From contig CBDCNQ010000004.1 in the NCBI GenBank assembly GCA_965219445.1, forward strand, positions 640,001-704,000: DNA of 64,000 nucleotides. The letters run 5' to 3'. Of this stretch, positions 10,067 through 21,070 are shown piece after piece. The notes beneath the pieces are model-generated. The model was not told the origin of the DNA. It saw nothing but the letters and a program-made list of their open reading frames with translations, and did no database searches. Both the position numbers and the translations under genes were made by a program. How positions within the stretch are numbered: position 1 is the stretch's first letter; every line of letters begins with the position of its first letter. This DNA is from Longimicrobiales bacterium. GTDB lineage: Bacteria > Gemmatimonadota > Gemmatimonadetes > Longimicrobiales > Gaopeijiaceae.

Positions 10067-11380
10067 CTATACGTATCGAGACCGACCACGCATCTTAACG
10101 CGGCCCTTCTTCATGAACCCGTCGTAGTGGCGCAACAAGAGGTGTTGCTGCGCCTGTTGGACCGTATCGAGTCCAACGCCCACCACGATCAGCAGGCCCG
10201 TTCCTCCGAAAAAGAACGTTTGGATGTTGAAGAGGCTGAAAATCCAGAAAGGCACCAAAGCAATGAGCGCCAGATAGACCGACCCCGGTAGTGTGACACG
10301 GGTCAGAACGCGATCGATGTACTCGGCCGTCCGCGCCCCGGGCTTCACACCCGGGATGAAGGCTCCTTGCTTCTTGAGGTTCTCGGCCAGATCGACGGGG
10401 TTGAAGATGATGGCCGTATAGAAGTACGTGAAAAATACGATCAATAAGCCGTACGTGACGTAGTAGACCGGGCCGGGTTGAAAGATGTCGGCGACCATAT
10501 CGAGGAATCCCCCAGTCTGCCCGGCGAGTTGCGCGAATGTCCCCGGTACCACGATGAAGGATTGAGCGAAGATGATCGGCATGACGCCCGCCGAGTTGAC
10601 GCGAAGGGGAACGAAGCTCTTTTGTCCTTCGCGGATCCGCCCACGTCCTACCACCTTTCTGGGAATCTGAACGGGAATCTTCCGGGCGCCCATCGTCATC
10701 GCCACGACAGCGGCGGTAATTCCCACCAGCACGACCACCAGCCCGACGAGGGCGAAGATCTGAATCTGCCCAGCGATGAATGACTCCCAGGTCCTCGCCA
10801 CGGCAGCGGGGAAGCCCTCGATGATGGAGAAGAAGATCAGAAGCGACATTCCGTTGCCTATCCCCCGCTCGGTTATCTGCTCCCCGAGCCACATCACGAA
10901 TATCGCTCCCACCGTGAGGGTTACGGTCGTCGTAAGATTGAAGATGAACCCGGGAGCCCGCACGGCCCCAGTGGTGTTGAGGAATGCGGCGTAGCTGAAG
11001 CCCTGGATGACACTCAGGATTACCGTTGTGTAGCGGGTCCACTGAGTCAGCTTCTGCCGACCGTCCTCGCCCTCCTTCTGCATCTTCTCCACTGTGGGGA
11101 AGACCGCAGCCAGCAACTGGAACATGATGCTGGCCGAGATATACGGCATGATCCCGAGGGCCAAGATGGTGGCCCGGCTCAGGCCCCCGCCCACGAACAT
11201 GTCGTAGATGCCCAGAATTCCACCCTGAAGCGCTCCGAACTGCTGGCGCAGGATCCCCACGTCTACGCCGGGCACGGTGATGTGCGCACCGACCCGATAG
11301 ATCAACAGAATGAACAGCGTAAAGAGAATCTTCTCTTTGAGCTCCGGAACCCGGAAAAGATTCGGGATCGGGTTAGCCAT
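10067..11380 (-). CDS. secY: Preprotein translocase SecY
   Basis: ALGIMPYISASI, WLGEQITERGIGNG, FIPGVKPG, GGTGLLIVVGV. Confidence 0.98.
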   Translation of the reverse strand: MANPIPNLFRVPELKEKILFTLFILLIYRVGAHITVPGVDVGILRQQFGALQGGILGIYDMFVGGGLSRATILALGIMPYISASIMFQLLAAVFPTVEKMQKEGEDGRQKLTQWTRYTTVILSVIQGFSYAAFLNTTGAVRAPGFIFNLTTTVTLTVGAIFVMWLGEQITERGIGNGMSLLIFFSIIEGFPAAVARTWESFIAGQIQIFALVGLVVVLVGITAAVVAMTMGARKIPVQIPRKVVGRGRIREGQKSFVPLRVNSAGVMPIIFAQSFIVVPGTFAQLAGQTGGFLDMVADIFQPGPVYYVTYGLLIVFFTYFYTAIIFNPVDLAENLKKQGAFIPGVKPGARTAEYIDRVLTRVTLPGSVYLALIALVPFWIFSLFNIQTFFFGGTGLLIVVGVGLDTVQQAQQHLLLRHYDGFMKKGRVKMRGRSRYV

Positions 11381-12032
11381 CGTTCTCCACTTCTGCTGGT
11401 TCGTCGGGGGAATCCGCTTCTGCCGGTTCCTCGGAAGGATCTTCATCTGCCGGTTCGGCGGGCAGATCTGCATCCGTCGCTACCTTAGGCGGCTCCGCAT
11501 CTGCCACTGCCACAGGCGGCTCCGCATCTGCTGCTGCCACAGGCGGCTCCGCATCAGCCGCTGCAGCAGGCGAAGCTACAGCCACCGCCGGACCTATCGT
11601 GGTGACGATCCCGCCGGCCGCCTCAATCTTGGCCGCTGCACCTCCACTGAACTTATGCGCCTCCACCGAGTACGCCTGGCTCACCTCGCCCATGGCAAGC
11701 AGCTTGATCAAGCCCTTGACGGAGCGGATCAAGCCCGCGTCCCTCAGCGTTTGAGCATTGACGGCGGTGCCCTCCACACGGGCAAGGTCCCCCACGTTTA
11801 CGATCTGGTAGACGTGGCGCTTCCGGGGTGTGAACCCGCGCTTCGGAATGCGGCGTTGAAGGGGCATCTGGCCGCCTTCGAAGCCCGGGCGGACGGAACC
11901 GCCGCTTCGGGATTTTTGTCCGTTCTCCCCTCGTCCGGCGGTCTTGCCCTTCCCGGACCCCGGGCCTCGACCCTTGCGCTTAGTGCTCCTGTGGGACCCG
12001 GCAGCGGGCCGTAGTTCGTGTAACTCAGCCAT
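11373..12032 (-). CDS. rplO: 50S ribosomal protein L15 with acidic repeat C-terminal extension
   Basis: GRGPGSGKGKTAGRG, FEGGQMPLQRRIPKRGF, followed by a ~70 aa A/D/E/P tail. Confidence 0.97.
   Translation of the reverse strand: MAELHELRPAAGSHRSTKRKGRGPGSGKGKTAGRGENGQKSRSGGSVRPGFEGGQMPLQRRIPKRGFTPRKRHVYQIVNVGDLARVEGTAVNAQTLRDAGLIRSVKGLIKLLAMGEVSQAYSVEAHKFSGGAAAKIEAAGGIVTTIGPAVAVASPAAAADAEPPVAAADAEPPVAVADAEPPKVATDADLPAEPADEDPSEEPAEADSPDEPAEVENDG
11394..11567. repeat. Two sets of three 27-bp tandem repeats in the rplO 3' end
   Basis: aggcggctccgcatc... x3 at 11487-11567 (ADAEPPV) and ctgcYggttc...atc x3 at ~11394-11474. Confidence 0.85.
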
Positions 12033-12217
12033 TACTCAATCTCATTGACTTGAACGAGGTGGTGGACCTGTCGCAACATACCCCGAATCGCCGGGCCATC
12101 GTCATGGACCACCGTCTGCTGGTGTTTCTTGAAACCGAGCGCCGCTAGCGTACGGCGATGCTTGAACTTCCGCCCCACACCACTGCGGACCTGCGTGATA
12201 GCCAGTTTCTTAGGCAT
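12032..12217 (-). CDS. rpmD: 50S ribosomal protein L30
   Basis: [16 protein letters not shown]...[14 protein letters not shown]. Confidence 0.96.
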   Translation of the reverse strand: MPKKLAITQVRSGVGRKFKHRRTLAALGFKKHQQTVVHDDGPAIRGMLRQVHHLVQVNEIE

Positions 12218-12743
12218 CGTCGGCAATCCCCAGAATAACCTCCACGGGCACACCTCGTTCCCGTGAAGCTTGCTCGGCCGTGACCAGGTTGGTGAGACCA
12301 TCCATCGTGGCACGGACCACATTGATCGGGTTGTTGCTACCCAGGCTCTTGGTAAGGATATCCTTGATCCCCACTGCCTCGAGTACCGACCGGACCGGTC
12401 CGCCGGCGATCACGCCAGTTCCGGGCGCTGCCGGACGAAGCATGACACGGCCAGCACCCCACCGGCCGACGATCTCGTGAGGGATGGTCCCGTTCTGGAC
12501 GGGAATCTCCACTAGCTCCCTCTTGCCCCGTTCGAACGCCTTTCGGATGGCCTCCGCGACCTCATTCGCCTTGGCGAGCCCGATACCGACACGGCCCTTC
12601 TGATCTCCGACGGATACCAGCGCTGTAAAGGAGAACCTGCGGCCACCCTTTACCACCTTGGCCACCCGGTTGATATGAATCACGTTCTCGGCGAACTCGG
12701 ACTCGCGCGCTCGACTCTGTTTGCGTTTCTGTTCCCTGGCCAT
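12210..12743 (-). CDS. rpsE: 30S ribosomal protein S5
   Basis: [25 protein letters not shown]. Confidence 0.98.
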   Translation of the reverse strand: MAREQKRKQSRARESEFAENVIHINRVAKVVKGGRRFSFTALVSVGDQKGRVGIGLAKANEVAEAIRKAFERGKRELVEIPVQNGTIPHEIVGRWGAGRVMLRPAAPGTGVIAGGPVRSVLEAVGIKDILTKSLGSNNPINVVRATMDGLTNLVTAEQASRERGVPVEVILGIADDA

Positions 12744-13126
12744 CAGAACTTCAATCCTCCCTCTCGGGCGCCCTCCGCGAAGGCTTTCACCCGGCCATGA
12801 TACTGGTATCCCCCTCGATCGAACACGACCGCTTCCACCCCAATCGCTTTGGCCCGATCAGCGAGGAGCTTGCCAGCGGCTCTGGCCCGCTCGACCCTCA
12901 CGTTCTGACCCTCGGCCTTGAAGTCGGAGAGATCCGCACAAAGGGTGGAAAGACCCACCAGCGTCCGCCCCGCATCGTCATTAACGACCTGACCCTCGAG
13001 ATTCTTCAGCGAACGGAACACCACAAGTCTCGGTCGCCCCGCTGTTCCCCAGATCTTCTTGCGAACGCGGGCATGCCGTCGTCGCCGCTGGCCTTCACGT
13101 GTCTTACCGGCTTTCTTGCTGCTCAT
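12743..13126 (-). CDS. rplR: 50S ribosomal protein L18
   Basis: [25 protein letters not shown]. Confidence 0.97.
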   Translation of the reverse strand: MSSKKAGKTREGQRRRRHARVRKKIWGTAGRPRLVVFRSLKNLEGQVVNDDAGRTLVGLSTLCADLSDFKAEGQNVRVERARAAGKLLADRAKAIGVEAVVFDRGGYQYHGRVKAFAEGAREGGLKF

Positions 13127-13136
13127 CGTCCTACCT

Positions 13137-13679
13137 CTATACTGTTGTCGCCGTCTTGCCGGCTTTACGCCGTACATGTTCACCCTGGTACCGAATCCCC
13201 TTGCCCTTGTACGGCTCGGGCGGACGGAAGGAGCGGATCTCGGCCGCCGCTTGGCCCACCTTCTGTTTGTCCACCCCTGTGACGACAATCGTAGTCTGGT
13301 CCGGGAGCTCCAAGCTCACCCCATCCGGAGCTGGATACTGGATCGTGTGCGAAAACCCCAGGTGCAATTCGACGCCCGAGCCCCTTTGGATGGCACGATA
13401 CCCCACACCTTGAATCTCGAGTGTCTTTCTGAAACCGGTCAGGACGCCCTCGACCATGTTGGCCACCAACATTCGGGTCAGACCGTGTAGAGCGCGGTGC
13501 TGGGGCTCATCCGACGGCCTCGTCACCGTAACCACTCCGTCGTCCATGGTCACGGTGATGTCCGGGTGCACATCCAAAGAGAGCTCGCCCTTTGGACCCT
13601 TCACTCGCACTACCTGCCCGTTGAGGGTCACGTCAGCCCCTTGGGGGACTTCAATCGGTTGTTTACCAATCCGCGACAT
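13137..13679 (-). CDS. rplF: 50S ribosomal protein L6
   Basis: MSRIGKQPI...[13 protein letters not shown]. Confidence 0.98.
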   Translation of the reverse strand: MSRIGKQPIEVPQGADVTLNGQVVRVKGPKGELSLDVHPDITVTMDDGVVTVTRPSDEPQHRALHGLTRMLVANMVEGVLTGFRKTLEIQGVGYRAIQRGSGVELHLGFSHTIQYPAPDGVSLELPDQTTIVVTGVDKQKVGQAAAEIRSFRPPEPYKGKGIRYQGEHVRRKAGKTATTV

Positions 13680-13717
13680 CTGCTATCTCCTTCAATAGCC
13701 TTCTCCTCGGTTCCGGT

Positions 13718-14110
13718 TCACCAGACGAGGGCCATGAGTTCTCCGCCAACGCCCTGCTTACGAGCCACCCTGTCCGACATCAGGCCTCGCGACGTGGAGA
13801 GGATGGCCATCCCCAACCCATTCCGAACCCTTGGAATCTCGTCGACGGCCACATAGCGTCTCCGCCCGGGACGGGAAACCCGCTTAAGGTGCCTGATCAC
13901 AGGCCCCTCGTCGTGATACTTGAGATACACACGAAGCACCCCGAACCGGCCGTCGTCCAAGATCTTGAAGTCATAGATGAAGTGGTTGTCCTTCAGTAGG
14001 TCGGCAACCTTGGTCTTGAGCTTCGAGACCGGCATGTCCACCCACTTGTGCCCTGCGCTTCCGGCATTCCGGATGCGAGTGAGCATATCCGCGATCGGGT
14101 CAGTCATCAT
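13718..14110 (-). CDS. rpsH: 30S ribosomal protein S8
   Basis: MTDPIADMLTRIRN...VGGELMALVW. Confidence 0.98.
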   Translation of the reverse strand: MMTDPIADMLTRIRNAGSAGHKWVDMPVSKLKTKVADLLKDNHFIYDFKILDDGRFGVLRVYLKYHDEGPVIRHLKRVSRPGRRRYVAVDEIPRVRNGLGMAILSTSRGLMSDRVARKQGVGGELMALVW

Positions 14111-14127
14111 CGTTCGATTCGATCCTT

Positions 14128-14313
14128 TTACCAGCTTGATTTCCGGACGCCCGGAATTTCACCCTGAAGCGCCTTTTGGCGGAAACAAATACGGCAGATT
14201 CCAAACTTCCGGATGAACGCACGGGGGCGTCCGCACCGGTTACAGCGATTACGGTGCCGGCCCGGAAACTTGGGCTTGCGATTATTTCTTTCGATCAGGG
14301 CCTTCCTGGCCAT
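14128..14313 (-). CDS. rpsZ: 30S ribosomal protein S14 type Z (Zn-binding)
   Basis: 61 aa, RCNRCGRP...CRICFR. Confidence 0.96.
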   Translation of the reverse strand: MARKALIERNNRKPKFPGRHRNRCNRCGRPRAFIRKFGICRICFRQKALQGEIPGVRKSSW

Positions 14314-14331
14314 CGACTTCCCCTATCCGTG

Positions 14332-14907
14332 TTAGTTGGCAGTCTGCTCGATCACAACCGGAATCTCCCCCTGGAAAGGGAAGCCCATCGCCCTGAGCAG
14401 GGCCAGCGCCACATCGTCTTTGTCCGTGTTCGTGACAACGCTGATGTCCATGCCGTGAATCTGACCGACCTTGTCGAAGTCGATCTCTGGAAAAATGATC
14501 TGCTCCCGAATCCCCATCGTGAAGTTACCCCGGCCGTCGAAGGAGCGCGTAGGCAATCCGCGAAAATCTCGGACACGAGGGATGGCGACGCTTACAAGAC
14601 GATCCAGGAACTCGTACATCCGACTCTTTCGAAGCGTCACCGATGCTCCGATAGGCATTCCCTCCCGCAACTGGAAATTCGAAACGGACCTCCGCGCCCT
14701 CGTCACCACGGCCTTCTGTCCCGTGATCACACCCAATTCATCGACCACGGCGGTCAGGAGCTTGGCGTTCTTCGATGCCTCACCCACACCCACGTTCAGG
14801 ACAGCCTTCTCAATTCTCGGGATCTGGTTCGGGTTGGACCATTGGAACTGCTCGGCCAACTTGGGCCGCGCATATGCCTTGTAATGTTTCAGTAGTCTGG
14901 GTTCCAT
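14332..14907 (-). CDS. rplE: 50S ribosomal protein L5
   Basis: [25 protein letters not shown]. Confidence 0.98.
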   Translation of the reverse strand: MEPRLLKHYKAYARPKLAEQFQWSNPNQIPRIEKAVLNVGVGEASKNAKLLTAVVDELGVITGQKAVVTRARRSVSNFQLREGMPIGASVTLRKSRMYEFLDRLVSVAIPRVRDFRGLPTRSFDGRGNFTMGIREQIIFPEIDFDKVGQIHGMDISVVTNTDKDDVALALLRAMGFPFQGEIPVVIEQTAN

Positions 14908-14923
14908 CTCCCTACGCTCCCAC

Positions 14924-15262
14924 CTACGGTTTAGGGATCGGATTGCCGGTTTTCACAGCGATCCTCTCCCTTGCACCATCATCCTCTATGCGAACCCGGA
15001 TCCGACTCGCCTCGCCTCCAGCGGTATCCACTAGCATGACGTTAGATACGTGAATTGGCGCCTCGAAAGTCATGATTCCACCCTCGGGATTCGCTTCACT
15101 TGGTCTCTCATGACGTTTCCGCATGTTGACGCCCTCCACAACCACTCGCTCCTTGGAAGGAATTACCCTGAGCACCGGCCCTTCCATGTCACGGAAGTTA
15201 CCTCGAATGACCCGGACACGATCCCCCTTCACGATGCTCCACGACGACTTTTTCTTGGCCAT
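14924..15262 (-). CDS. rplX: 50S ribosomal protein L24
   Basis: [13 protein letters not shown] motif, EAPIHVSNV. Confidence 0.97.
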   Translation of the reverse strand: MAKKKSSWSIVKGDRVRVIRGNFRDMEGPVLRVIPSKERVVVEGVNMRKRHERPSEANPEGGIMTFEAPIHVSNVMLVDTAGGEASRIRVRIEDDGARERIAVKTGNPIPKP

Positions 15263-15630
15263 CAAAGCACCTCCGGAGCCAAGGAAACAATTTTCATGTA
15301 CCGCTTCTCGCGAAGTTCACGGCCTACCGGGCCGAAGATACGAGTTCCCCTAGGATCTCCCTGGGGCGTGAGTAGTACCGCTGCGTTGTCGTCGAAACGG
15401 ATATAGGTCCCGTCCTGGCGCCTCACCTCCTTGGCAGTCCGCACGATTACCGCCTGTGTGACCTCACCCTTTTTCACGGGTGAGTTCGGAATGGCATCCT
15501 TGACGGTCACGACGACCACGTCGCCGACACTCGCATAGCGCCGCTTCGAGCCTCCCAGAACGCGGATACACAGTGCGCTCTTGGCTCCCGAGTTATCGGC
15601 AATCTTGAGCATCGATTCCTGCTGAATCAT
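15262..15630 (-). CDS. rplN: 50S ribosomal protein L14
   Basis: MIQQES...ADNSGAK...SLAPEVL. Confidence 0.98.
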   Translation of the reverse strand: MIQQESMLKIADNSGAKSALCIRVLGGSKRRYASVGDVVVVTVKDAIPNSPVKKGEVTQAVIVRTAKEVRRQDGTYIRFDDNAAVLLTPQGDPRGTRIFGPVGRELREKRYMKIVSLAPEVL

Positions 15631-15645
15631 CGTGTTCTAGTCCTG

Positions 15646-15999
15646 TTACTCAGGGCGCTCGAGCAGCTCCATGACACGCCATCGCTTCGTTTTCGACAGC
15701 GGCCGCGTTTCAGAAATCCGAACCACATCCCCCGTCTGATATTCGTTGCTCTCATCGTGCGCCCGGTATTTCTTGGTCTTCTTCACTTGTTTCGTATAGA
15801 GCGGATGGGCGAATTGCCGTTCTACGAGGACCGTTACCGTCTTGTCGTTCTGGTCGGAGACCACCACTCCAGTCCGAACCTTGCGCCGCACACGCGCTCC
15901 GCCCGTTTCCCGCACCTCAGCCTGCTCGACCTCAGTGTGCTCGACCTCAGTCTGCTCGACCTCAGTCTCTTCGACCTTCTCGGATGTCTCTTCTGCCAT
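15646..15999 (-). CDS. rpsQ: 30S ribosomal protein S17 with acidic N-terminal repeat extension
   Basis: [22 protein letters not shown]-terminal EVExT repeats. Confidence 0.97.
   Translation of the reverse strand: MAEETSEKVEETEVEQTEVEHTEVEQAEVRETGGARVRRKVRTGVVVSDQNDKTVTVLVERQFAHPLYTKQVKKTKKYRAHDESNEYQTGDVVRISETRPLSKTKRWRVMELLERPE
15914..15973. repeat. Four 15-bp tandem repeats in the rpsQ 5' end
   Basis: acctcagNNNNNtcg x4, encoding E(E/Q/H)(T/A)EV. Confidence 0.85.
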
Positions 16000-16011
16000 G
16001 GCTATTTCACT

Positions 16012-16332
16012 CTATTCTGCCGTCTCGGGCACCTCCGACGTCTCCGTCTCGGGCACCTCCGACGTCTCCGCCTCGGGCACCTCCGACGTCTCCGCCTCGG
16101 GCACCTCCGACGTCTCCGTCTCGGACGTCTCCGACGTCTCGGAAAGCTCTCGCTCCCGAAGAATTGTGTTCAGGCGCGCAACGTCACGCCGAATGTGCTG
16201 AACCAACTTGGGATTCTCGAGCTCCATCGTCCCCATTCGAAAACGAAGGCGAAATCTTTCCTCCCTCAGCTCTTCGAGTCGTGCCCGGATTTCGACATCG
16301 TCCCAATCGCGAATCTCTTCCGCCTTCATCAT
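16012..16332 (-). CDS. rpmC: 50S ribosomal protein L29 with acidic repeat C-terminal extension
   Basis: LREERFRLRF...IRRDVARLNT, followed by an ETSEVPE(A/T) tail. Confidence 0.97.
   Translation of the reverse strand: MMKAEEIRDWDDVEIRARLEELREERFRLRFRMGTMELENPKLVQHIRRDVARLNTILRERELSETSETSETETSEVPEAETSEVPEAETSEVPETETSEVPETAE
16021..16116. repeat. Four 24-bp near-perfect tandem repeats in rpmC
   Basis: cgYctcgggcacctccgacgtctc x4, followed by 9-bp sub-repeats to ~16140. Confidence 0.95.
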
Positions 16333-16339
16333 TTCCTCA

Positions 16340-16759
16340 CTAACCGAGTTGCCGCTCGCGAGAGACGAACTGTGTGGCCACCGGCAGCTTGGCCGCCGCC
16401 AACTCCATGGCCCGCCGTGCCGTCTCCTCGGGCACGCCCTCGAGCTCGAACATCATCCGGCCGGGCTTGACAACGGCCACCCAACCCTCGGGATTGCCCT
16501 TTCCCTTCCCCATGCGGGTTTCGGCGGGTTTGGAGGTGATCGGCTTGTCCGGGAAAATCCGGATCCAAACCTTCCCATCGCGCTTGATGTGACGGGTCAT
16601 CGCCACACGGGCAGACTCGATTTGCCGGTTCGAGATCCAGCCGCACTCCGTTGCCTGGAGCCCGTATTCACCGAAGGAGACCTTATTGCCGCGATAGGCC
16701 TTGCCACGCATCCGGCCCTTATGGGTCTTGCGGTGCTTTACTCGCTTGGGCGCTAGCAT
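16340..16759 (-). CDS. rplP: 50S ribosomal protein L16
   Basis: [11 protein letters not shown]...ETRMGKGKG. Confidence 0.98.
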   Translation of the reverse strand: MLAPKRVKHRKTHKGRMRGKAYRGNKVSFGEYGLQATECGWISNRQIESARVAMTRHIKRDGKVWIRIFPDKPITSKPAETRMGKGKGNPEGWVAVVKPGRMMFELEGVPEETARRAMELAAAKLPVATQFVSRERQLG

Positions 16760-16775
16760 TCTCTATTCCTCTCCG

Positions 16776-17435
16776 TCACGAGCCTGTGGAGTACGTGCGC
16801 CCGCGGCGTTCCTCCACCACCTCACCGGTGAAAATCCAGCACTTCACCCCGACGACCCCGTACGTCGTTGCCGCGTGAATCTGCGCGTAGTCGATGTCCG
16901 CGCGGAGCGTGTGCAAGGGCACACGTCCCTCGTTGTATCCCTCGGTTCGCGCGATCTCCGCACCACCCAACCGTCCGGCACACTGAATCTTGATGCCTTC
17001 CGCCCCACCGCGAATCGCCGACTGGACTGCTCGTTTCATCGCTCGCCGGAAGGAGATACGCTGCCTCAATTGGTGGGCTACGTTTTCCGCCACCAGGCGG
17101 GCATCGATCTCGGGACGCCTAATTTCCTCCACGTTCACCGAGATGTCGGCGTTGGTGACCAGCGCCAACTCGTCCCTCAGTTTATCGACCTCGGCACCAC
17201 GCTTACCGATGACGACACCGGGTCGGGCGGTGAACAGGGTCACGACGATCTTCGACGGCTTCTGCTCGATCTCCACCTTGGACAACGCCGCGTGCGCTAG
17301 GCGCCGCTCGAGGTACGTGCGGATTTTTTCGTCCTCCTGAAGCAGACGAGGAAAATCCCGCTCGGCATACCAGCGGGATCTCCAATCCTTGACGATGCCA
17401 AGTCGGAATCCCAACGGGTGAGTCTTTTGTCCCAT
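16776..17435 (-). CDS. rpsC: 30S ribosomal protein S3
   Basis: [27 protein letters not shown]. Confidence 0.98.
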   Translation of the reverse strand: MGQKTHPLGFRLGIVKDWRSRWYAERDFPRLLQEDEKIRTYLERRLAHAALSKVEIEQKPSKIVVTLFTARPGVVIGKRGAEVDKLRDELALVTNADISVNVEEIRRPEIDARLVAENVAHQLRQRISFRRAMKRAVQSAIRGGAEGIKIQCAGRLGGAEIARTEGYNEGRVPLHTLRADIDYAQIHAATTYGVVGVKCWIFTGEVVEERRGRTYSTGS

Positions 17436-17436
17436 G

Positions 17437-17793
17437 CTATTCCTCGGTGTCCACGACGACTGTGATATGGCTCGTCCGCTTCCGAAGGGGAGCCGCCCGA
17501 CCCATGGCCGCCGCTCTCCATCGCATTTGCGTCGGTCCCTCATCGACGAACGCGGTCGTTATCCTCAATTCGTCTGTATCGAGAACATCCCCCGAATCCT
17601 CAGCTCTATTCCGCGCATTCGCCACGGCCGACCGAAGTGTTTTGCCGACCGGATCCGCAGCGGCCTTCTTCGAAAACTGAAGAATCGAGTATGCTTCGTT
17701 CACCGACTTTCCGCGGATCTGGTCCACCACCAGGCGGACCTTCCGTGGACTCATCCGCACCTGCCGGGCAATCGCCTTGGCCTGCATGTCCAT
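17437..17793 (-). CDS. rplV: 50S ribosomal protein L22
   Basis: [24 protein letters not shown]. Confidence 0.98.
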   Translation of the reverse strand: MDMQAKAIARQVRMSPRKVRLVVDQIRGKSVNEAYSILQFSKKAAADPVGKTLRSAVANARNRAEDSGDVLDTDELRITTAFVDEGPTQMRWRAAAMGRAAPLRKRTSHITVVVDTEE

Positions 17794-17801
17794 TCTCCCC
17801 G

Positions 17802-18089
17802 CTACTCTATCTTGGACCGCTTGTCGGAAAGCTTTCCACCGTGACCCCTGAAGAGGCGCGTCGGGGAGAACTCTCCGAGCTTGTGGCCCACCATGTTTTC
17901 CGTGATGTACACGGGAATAAACTTGTTGCCGTTGTGGACCGCGACCGTGTGCCCGACGAAGTCTGGCGAGATCGTCGACGCTCTCGCCCAGGTCTTAATG
18001 ACCTGTTTCTCATTGCGGGCGTTCATGGCGTCGACCTTCGCAAGTAGTTTGTCGTCGATGTACGGGCCCTTCCTAACGCTACGTGGCAT
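17802..18089 (-). CDS. rpsS: 30S ribosomal protein S19
   Basis: [13 protein letters not shown]. Confidence 0.98.
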   Translation of the reverse strand: MPRSVRKGPYIDDKLLAKVDAMNARNEKQVIKTWARASTISPDFVGHTVAVHNGNKFIPVYITENMVGHKLGEFSPTRLFRGHGGKLSDKRSKIE

Positions 18090-18128
18090 AAAATCGACCT
18101 CTACTAAAAACCGTTGGGACCCGTGACA

Positions 18129-18974
18129 TCATGATTGCGTCGCCTTACCTCGCTTACGTCCGCGAATGATGTACTTGTTCGACTGTTTCTTTCTTTTCCT
18201 CGTCTTCTTGCCCTCACGCTTACCCCAGGGCGTTACCGGGGGCCGGCCACCCGAAGCCCGCCCCTCACCGCCACCAAGCGGATGGTCCACCGGGTTCATC
18301 GCCACTCCCCGAACCTTCGGCCTCCGGCCGCGCCAGCGGTTGGCTCCTGCCTTGCCGAGATTCTGGAGGTTGTGCTCTATGTTGCCGACCTGTCCGATTG
18401 TGGCCGAGCAGGTCTTGAGCACCTGCCGTACCTCGGTCGAAGGTAGGCGGAGGGAGACATATTTACCTTCCTTGGCAACCACCTGCACACCCGCTCCGGC
18501 GGAGCGCGCCATCTGCCCCCCCTTGCCCGGTTTGAGCTCGATGTTGTGCACCACCGTACCGAGAGGAACTTTGGCCAGAGGAAGCGCGTTGCCCACCCGA
18601 ATGTCGGCGTCCGGGCCCGACATTATGGCAGTACCGACCTGGAGCCCTCGCGGGTGAAGAATGTAACGCTTCTCTCCATCGGCATAATGAACCAGGGCGA
18701 TGTTTGAACTGCGATTCGGATCGTACTCGATCGCGGCGATCTTCCCCGGAACGCCAAACTTGTCTCGGCGAAAGTCGATGCGGCGGTAACGCCGTTTGTG
18801 TCCACCCCCCCGCCTGCGAGACGTCACCCGACCATGATGGTTACGGCCGCCGGATTTCGACGCGCCCTCGAGAAGCGACTTCTCCGGGGCCTTCTTCGTC
18901 AGTACATCCGAGTTGTCGACGATGGAGCGGAATCGCGTCCCGGGCGTCATCGGTTTGAATTTCTTGATAGCCAT
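18129..18974 (-). CDS. rplB: 50S ribosomal protein L2
   Basis: [26 protein letters not shown]. Confidence 0.99.
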   Translation of the reverse strand: MAIKKFKPMTPGTRFRSIVDNSDVLTKKAPEKSLLEGASKSGGRNHHGRVTSRRRGGGHKRRYRRIDFRRDKFGVPGKIAAIEYDPNRSSNIALVHYADGEKRYILHPRGLQVGTAIMSGPDADIRVGNALPLAKVPLGTVVHNIELKPGKGGQMARSAGAGVQVVAKEGKYVSLRLPSTEVRQVLKTCSATIGQVGNIEHNLQNLGKAGANRWRGRRPKVRGVAMNPVDHPLGGGEGRASGGRPPVTPWGKREGKKTRKRKKQSNKYIIRGRKRGKATQS

Positions 18975-18979
18975 CGGTG

Positions 18980-19291
18980 TTATCCGACCTCGTAGAACTC
19001 GATGTGGTCACCCTCGGCCAACTGAACAACGGCCTTCTTGAACGCCGGGCGTCGCCCGATCTTCGGGTTCCGGGACAGCCGCCCCATCAGAGCCCGCTTC
19101 GCCTTGCCACGATACTGCATCGTTCGTACGTCGCTCACTTTCACGTCCCAGATGCCCTCGATCGCCCTCGAAATCTCGATCTTGTTGGCTTTTCGGTCCA
19201 CGATGAACGTGTAGACGTTGTCATTTTCGATCGCATCCGCCGATTTTTCTGTCACGACCGGTGCATAGATCACATCATAAACGTCGCTCAT
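18980..19291 (-). CDS. rplW: 50S ribosomal protein L23
   Basis: [20 protein letters not shown]. Confidence 0.96.
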   Translation of the reverse strand: MSDVYDVIYAPVVTEKSADAIENDNVYTFIVDRKANKIEISRAIEGIWDVKVSDVRTMQYRGKAKRALMGRLSRNPKIGRRPAFKKAVVQLAEGDHIEFYEVG

Positions 19292-19301
19292 CGTCGCCTC
19301 C

Positions 19302-20432
19302 TCACTTCTTGCCCTTGGCCGAGCCCGAAAGCTCACCCAAGCGAGCCTCGTAGAGGGCCCGGGCCGTCTTTCGTGAATCACGCGCCATCACCGTCTTGAT
19401 ATCGGATACGTTGTCGAACTGAGCGAGGAATTTCGCCATGTCACCCACCTTGGGTAGCTTAATGGTCGAAAGATCCAGATCACTGGCGGACGCCGCCGAA
19501 GATTTTGGTGCTGCCTTGGCCTTTGGTGCCACCTTCGCCTTGGGTGCTGCCTTTGCCTTAGCTTCGCTCTTTGCCTTGGGCGCCGCCTTTGCCTTGGGTG
19601 CCGCCTTTGCCTGAGATTTGTGTTTAGCCTTGGCTTCGGCCTTCCGTTCGGGCTGGACTTCAGCCTTGACCTTCACCCCCGTGACCCTCCTCGACTTCTG
19701 CTCGTGGCCCGGTCTCAGATTCCTTCTCTCCGCCTGTGCCTCCTCAGCGGCCCGTTCCCTTACCCTTACGGCCGGCTCGCCTCGTGACCGCGATTCAATC
19801 GCGGCCTTTTGCGCAGCAGACGGCTCGTAACTCTCGAGCGCAGCCTTCTCGATGACGAGAAGGTTGGCCCAGAGGATGTCGTAGGCGGATTCTTCGCCGA
19901 AGGGTCGCACTACAACCGCCGAGAGGTTGCGTGACGAAAGGTGGACGTTTTGCTTCGGGCCATCGGTGAGGAGAAGCACCTTTCCCGCGGCTCCGAGTTT
20001 CCCGAGCATTTCCACAAGATTCTTGGTCTTGGGAGTGTCGTACTCGAGGGAATCCACCAGAATCACGTGGTCACCCTGGGCCCTGGAATTGAACGCGGAT
20101 CGCCGAGCCAGGGCACGGACCTTTTGAGGCACGCGCTGCCTCCACGAATGTGGAATGGGTGGAAACGCAACCCCGCCACCCGCGAACTGTGCGGCGCGAA
20201 TCGTTCCTGCCCGGGCTCGGCCGGTCCCCTTCTGCCTCCACGGCTTGCGCCCCCCTCCCTTGACCTGGCCCCGGGACTTGGCCGAAGCGGTGCCCTGGCG
20301 CTGATTCGACAGGTAGGCCTTGATCACCTGGTGCAGGACGTCCTCGTGGACGACGCCGTCGAATAGCCATTCAGGGAGAACCTGAGCCTTCCCCTCCGAG
20401 CCGTCGTTTTGGTAGTAGCGCGCCTTAAGCAT
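19302..20432 (-). CDS. rplD: 50S ribosomal protein L4 with ~170 aa C-terminal extension
   Basis: RQGTASAKSRGQVKGGGRKPWRQKGTGRARAG core, then KAKAAP repeats and a terminal helical module. Confidence 0.96.
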   Translation of the reverse strand: MLKARYYQNDGSEGKAQVLPEWLFDGVVHEDVLHQVIKAYLSNQRQGTASAKSRGQVKGGGRKPWRQKGTGRARAGTIRAAQFAGGGVAFPPIPHSWRQRVPQKVRALARRSAFNSRAQGDHVILVDSLEYDTPKTKNLVEMLGKLGAAGKVLLLTDGPKQNVHLSSRNLSAVVVRPFGEESAYDILWANLLVIEKAALESYEPSAAQKAAIESRSRGEPAVRVRERAAEEAQAERRNLRPGHEQKSRRVTGVKVKAEVQPERKAEAKAKHKSQAKAAPKAKAAPKAKSEAKAKAAPKAKVAPKAKAAPKSSAASASDLDLSTIKLPKVGDMAKFLAQFDNVSDIKTVMARDSRKTARALYEARLGELSGSAKGKK

Positions 20433-20435
20433 GTG

Positions 20436-21056
20436 TCATTTCTGGATCAACAGATAGCTGTTTCTGGACCCCGGTACTCCACCCTTGATGAAGAGGAGAT
20501 TCCGCTCCAGGTCCACTCTCACGACCTTCAAATTACCGATGGTGGCACGAACCCCACCCATACGGCCCGGAAGTTTCTTGCCCTTGATCACCCGGGACGG
20601 ATCGGTACCGGGCCCGATCGACCCGGGGTTTCGCGACATCGGATGCCCGTGCGAAGCAGGACGGCCCGCGAAGCCCCAGCGCTTCACTACACCCTGAAAG
20701 CCTTTACCCTTGGTGGTTCCCACAACTCTCACTGTGTCACCCGCCCCGAAGATCTCGACGGTGATCGCCTGCCCGATCTCATACTCATCATCGTCGGAGA
20801 TGTCGAACTCCCGAACGAGACGAGGCGCAACGTCAACGCCCGCCTTGGCGGCATGCCCCTTTTCAGCCTTGTTCGCCCGCTTGTCCTTCTGGGCACCAAA
20901 ACCCAGCTGAACGGCGGTATAACCGTCGGTCTCCGCGGTCTTGATCTGAAGCACGGGGCATGGCCCCGCCTCCACGATCGTCACGGGCACCGCGGCGCCT
21001 TCGTCATCGAAGATCCGGGTCATCCCGATTTTTTTCCCAATCAATGCAGCCATCAC
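20436..21056 (-). CDS. rplC: 50S ribosomal protein L3
   Basis: GKKIGMT, KGKGFQGVVKR, KGGVPG. Confidence 0.98.
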   Translation of the reverse strand: MMAALIGKKIGMTRIFDDEGAAVPVTIVEAGPCPVLQIKTAETDGYTAVQLGFGAQKDKRANKAEKGHAAKAGVDVAPRLVREFDISDDDEYEIGQAITVEIFGAGDTVRVVGTTKGKGFQGVVKRWGFAGRPASHGHPMSRNPGSIGPGTDPSRVIKGKKLPGRMGGVRATIGNLKVVRVDLERNLLFIKGGVPGSRNSYLLIQK

Positions 21057-21070
21057 TCAGCCCTGTTTCC

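Noticed and set aside
16021..16140. 24-bp repeats as a CRISPR array
   Set aside because: They are contiguous with no spacers, lie in frame within rpmC, and no cas genes are present.
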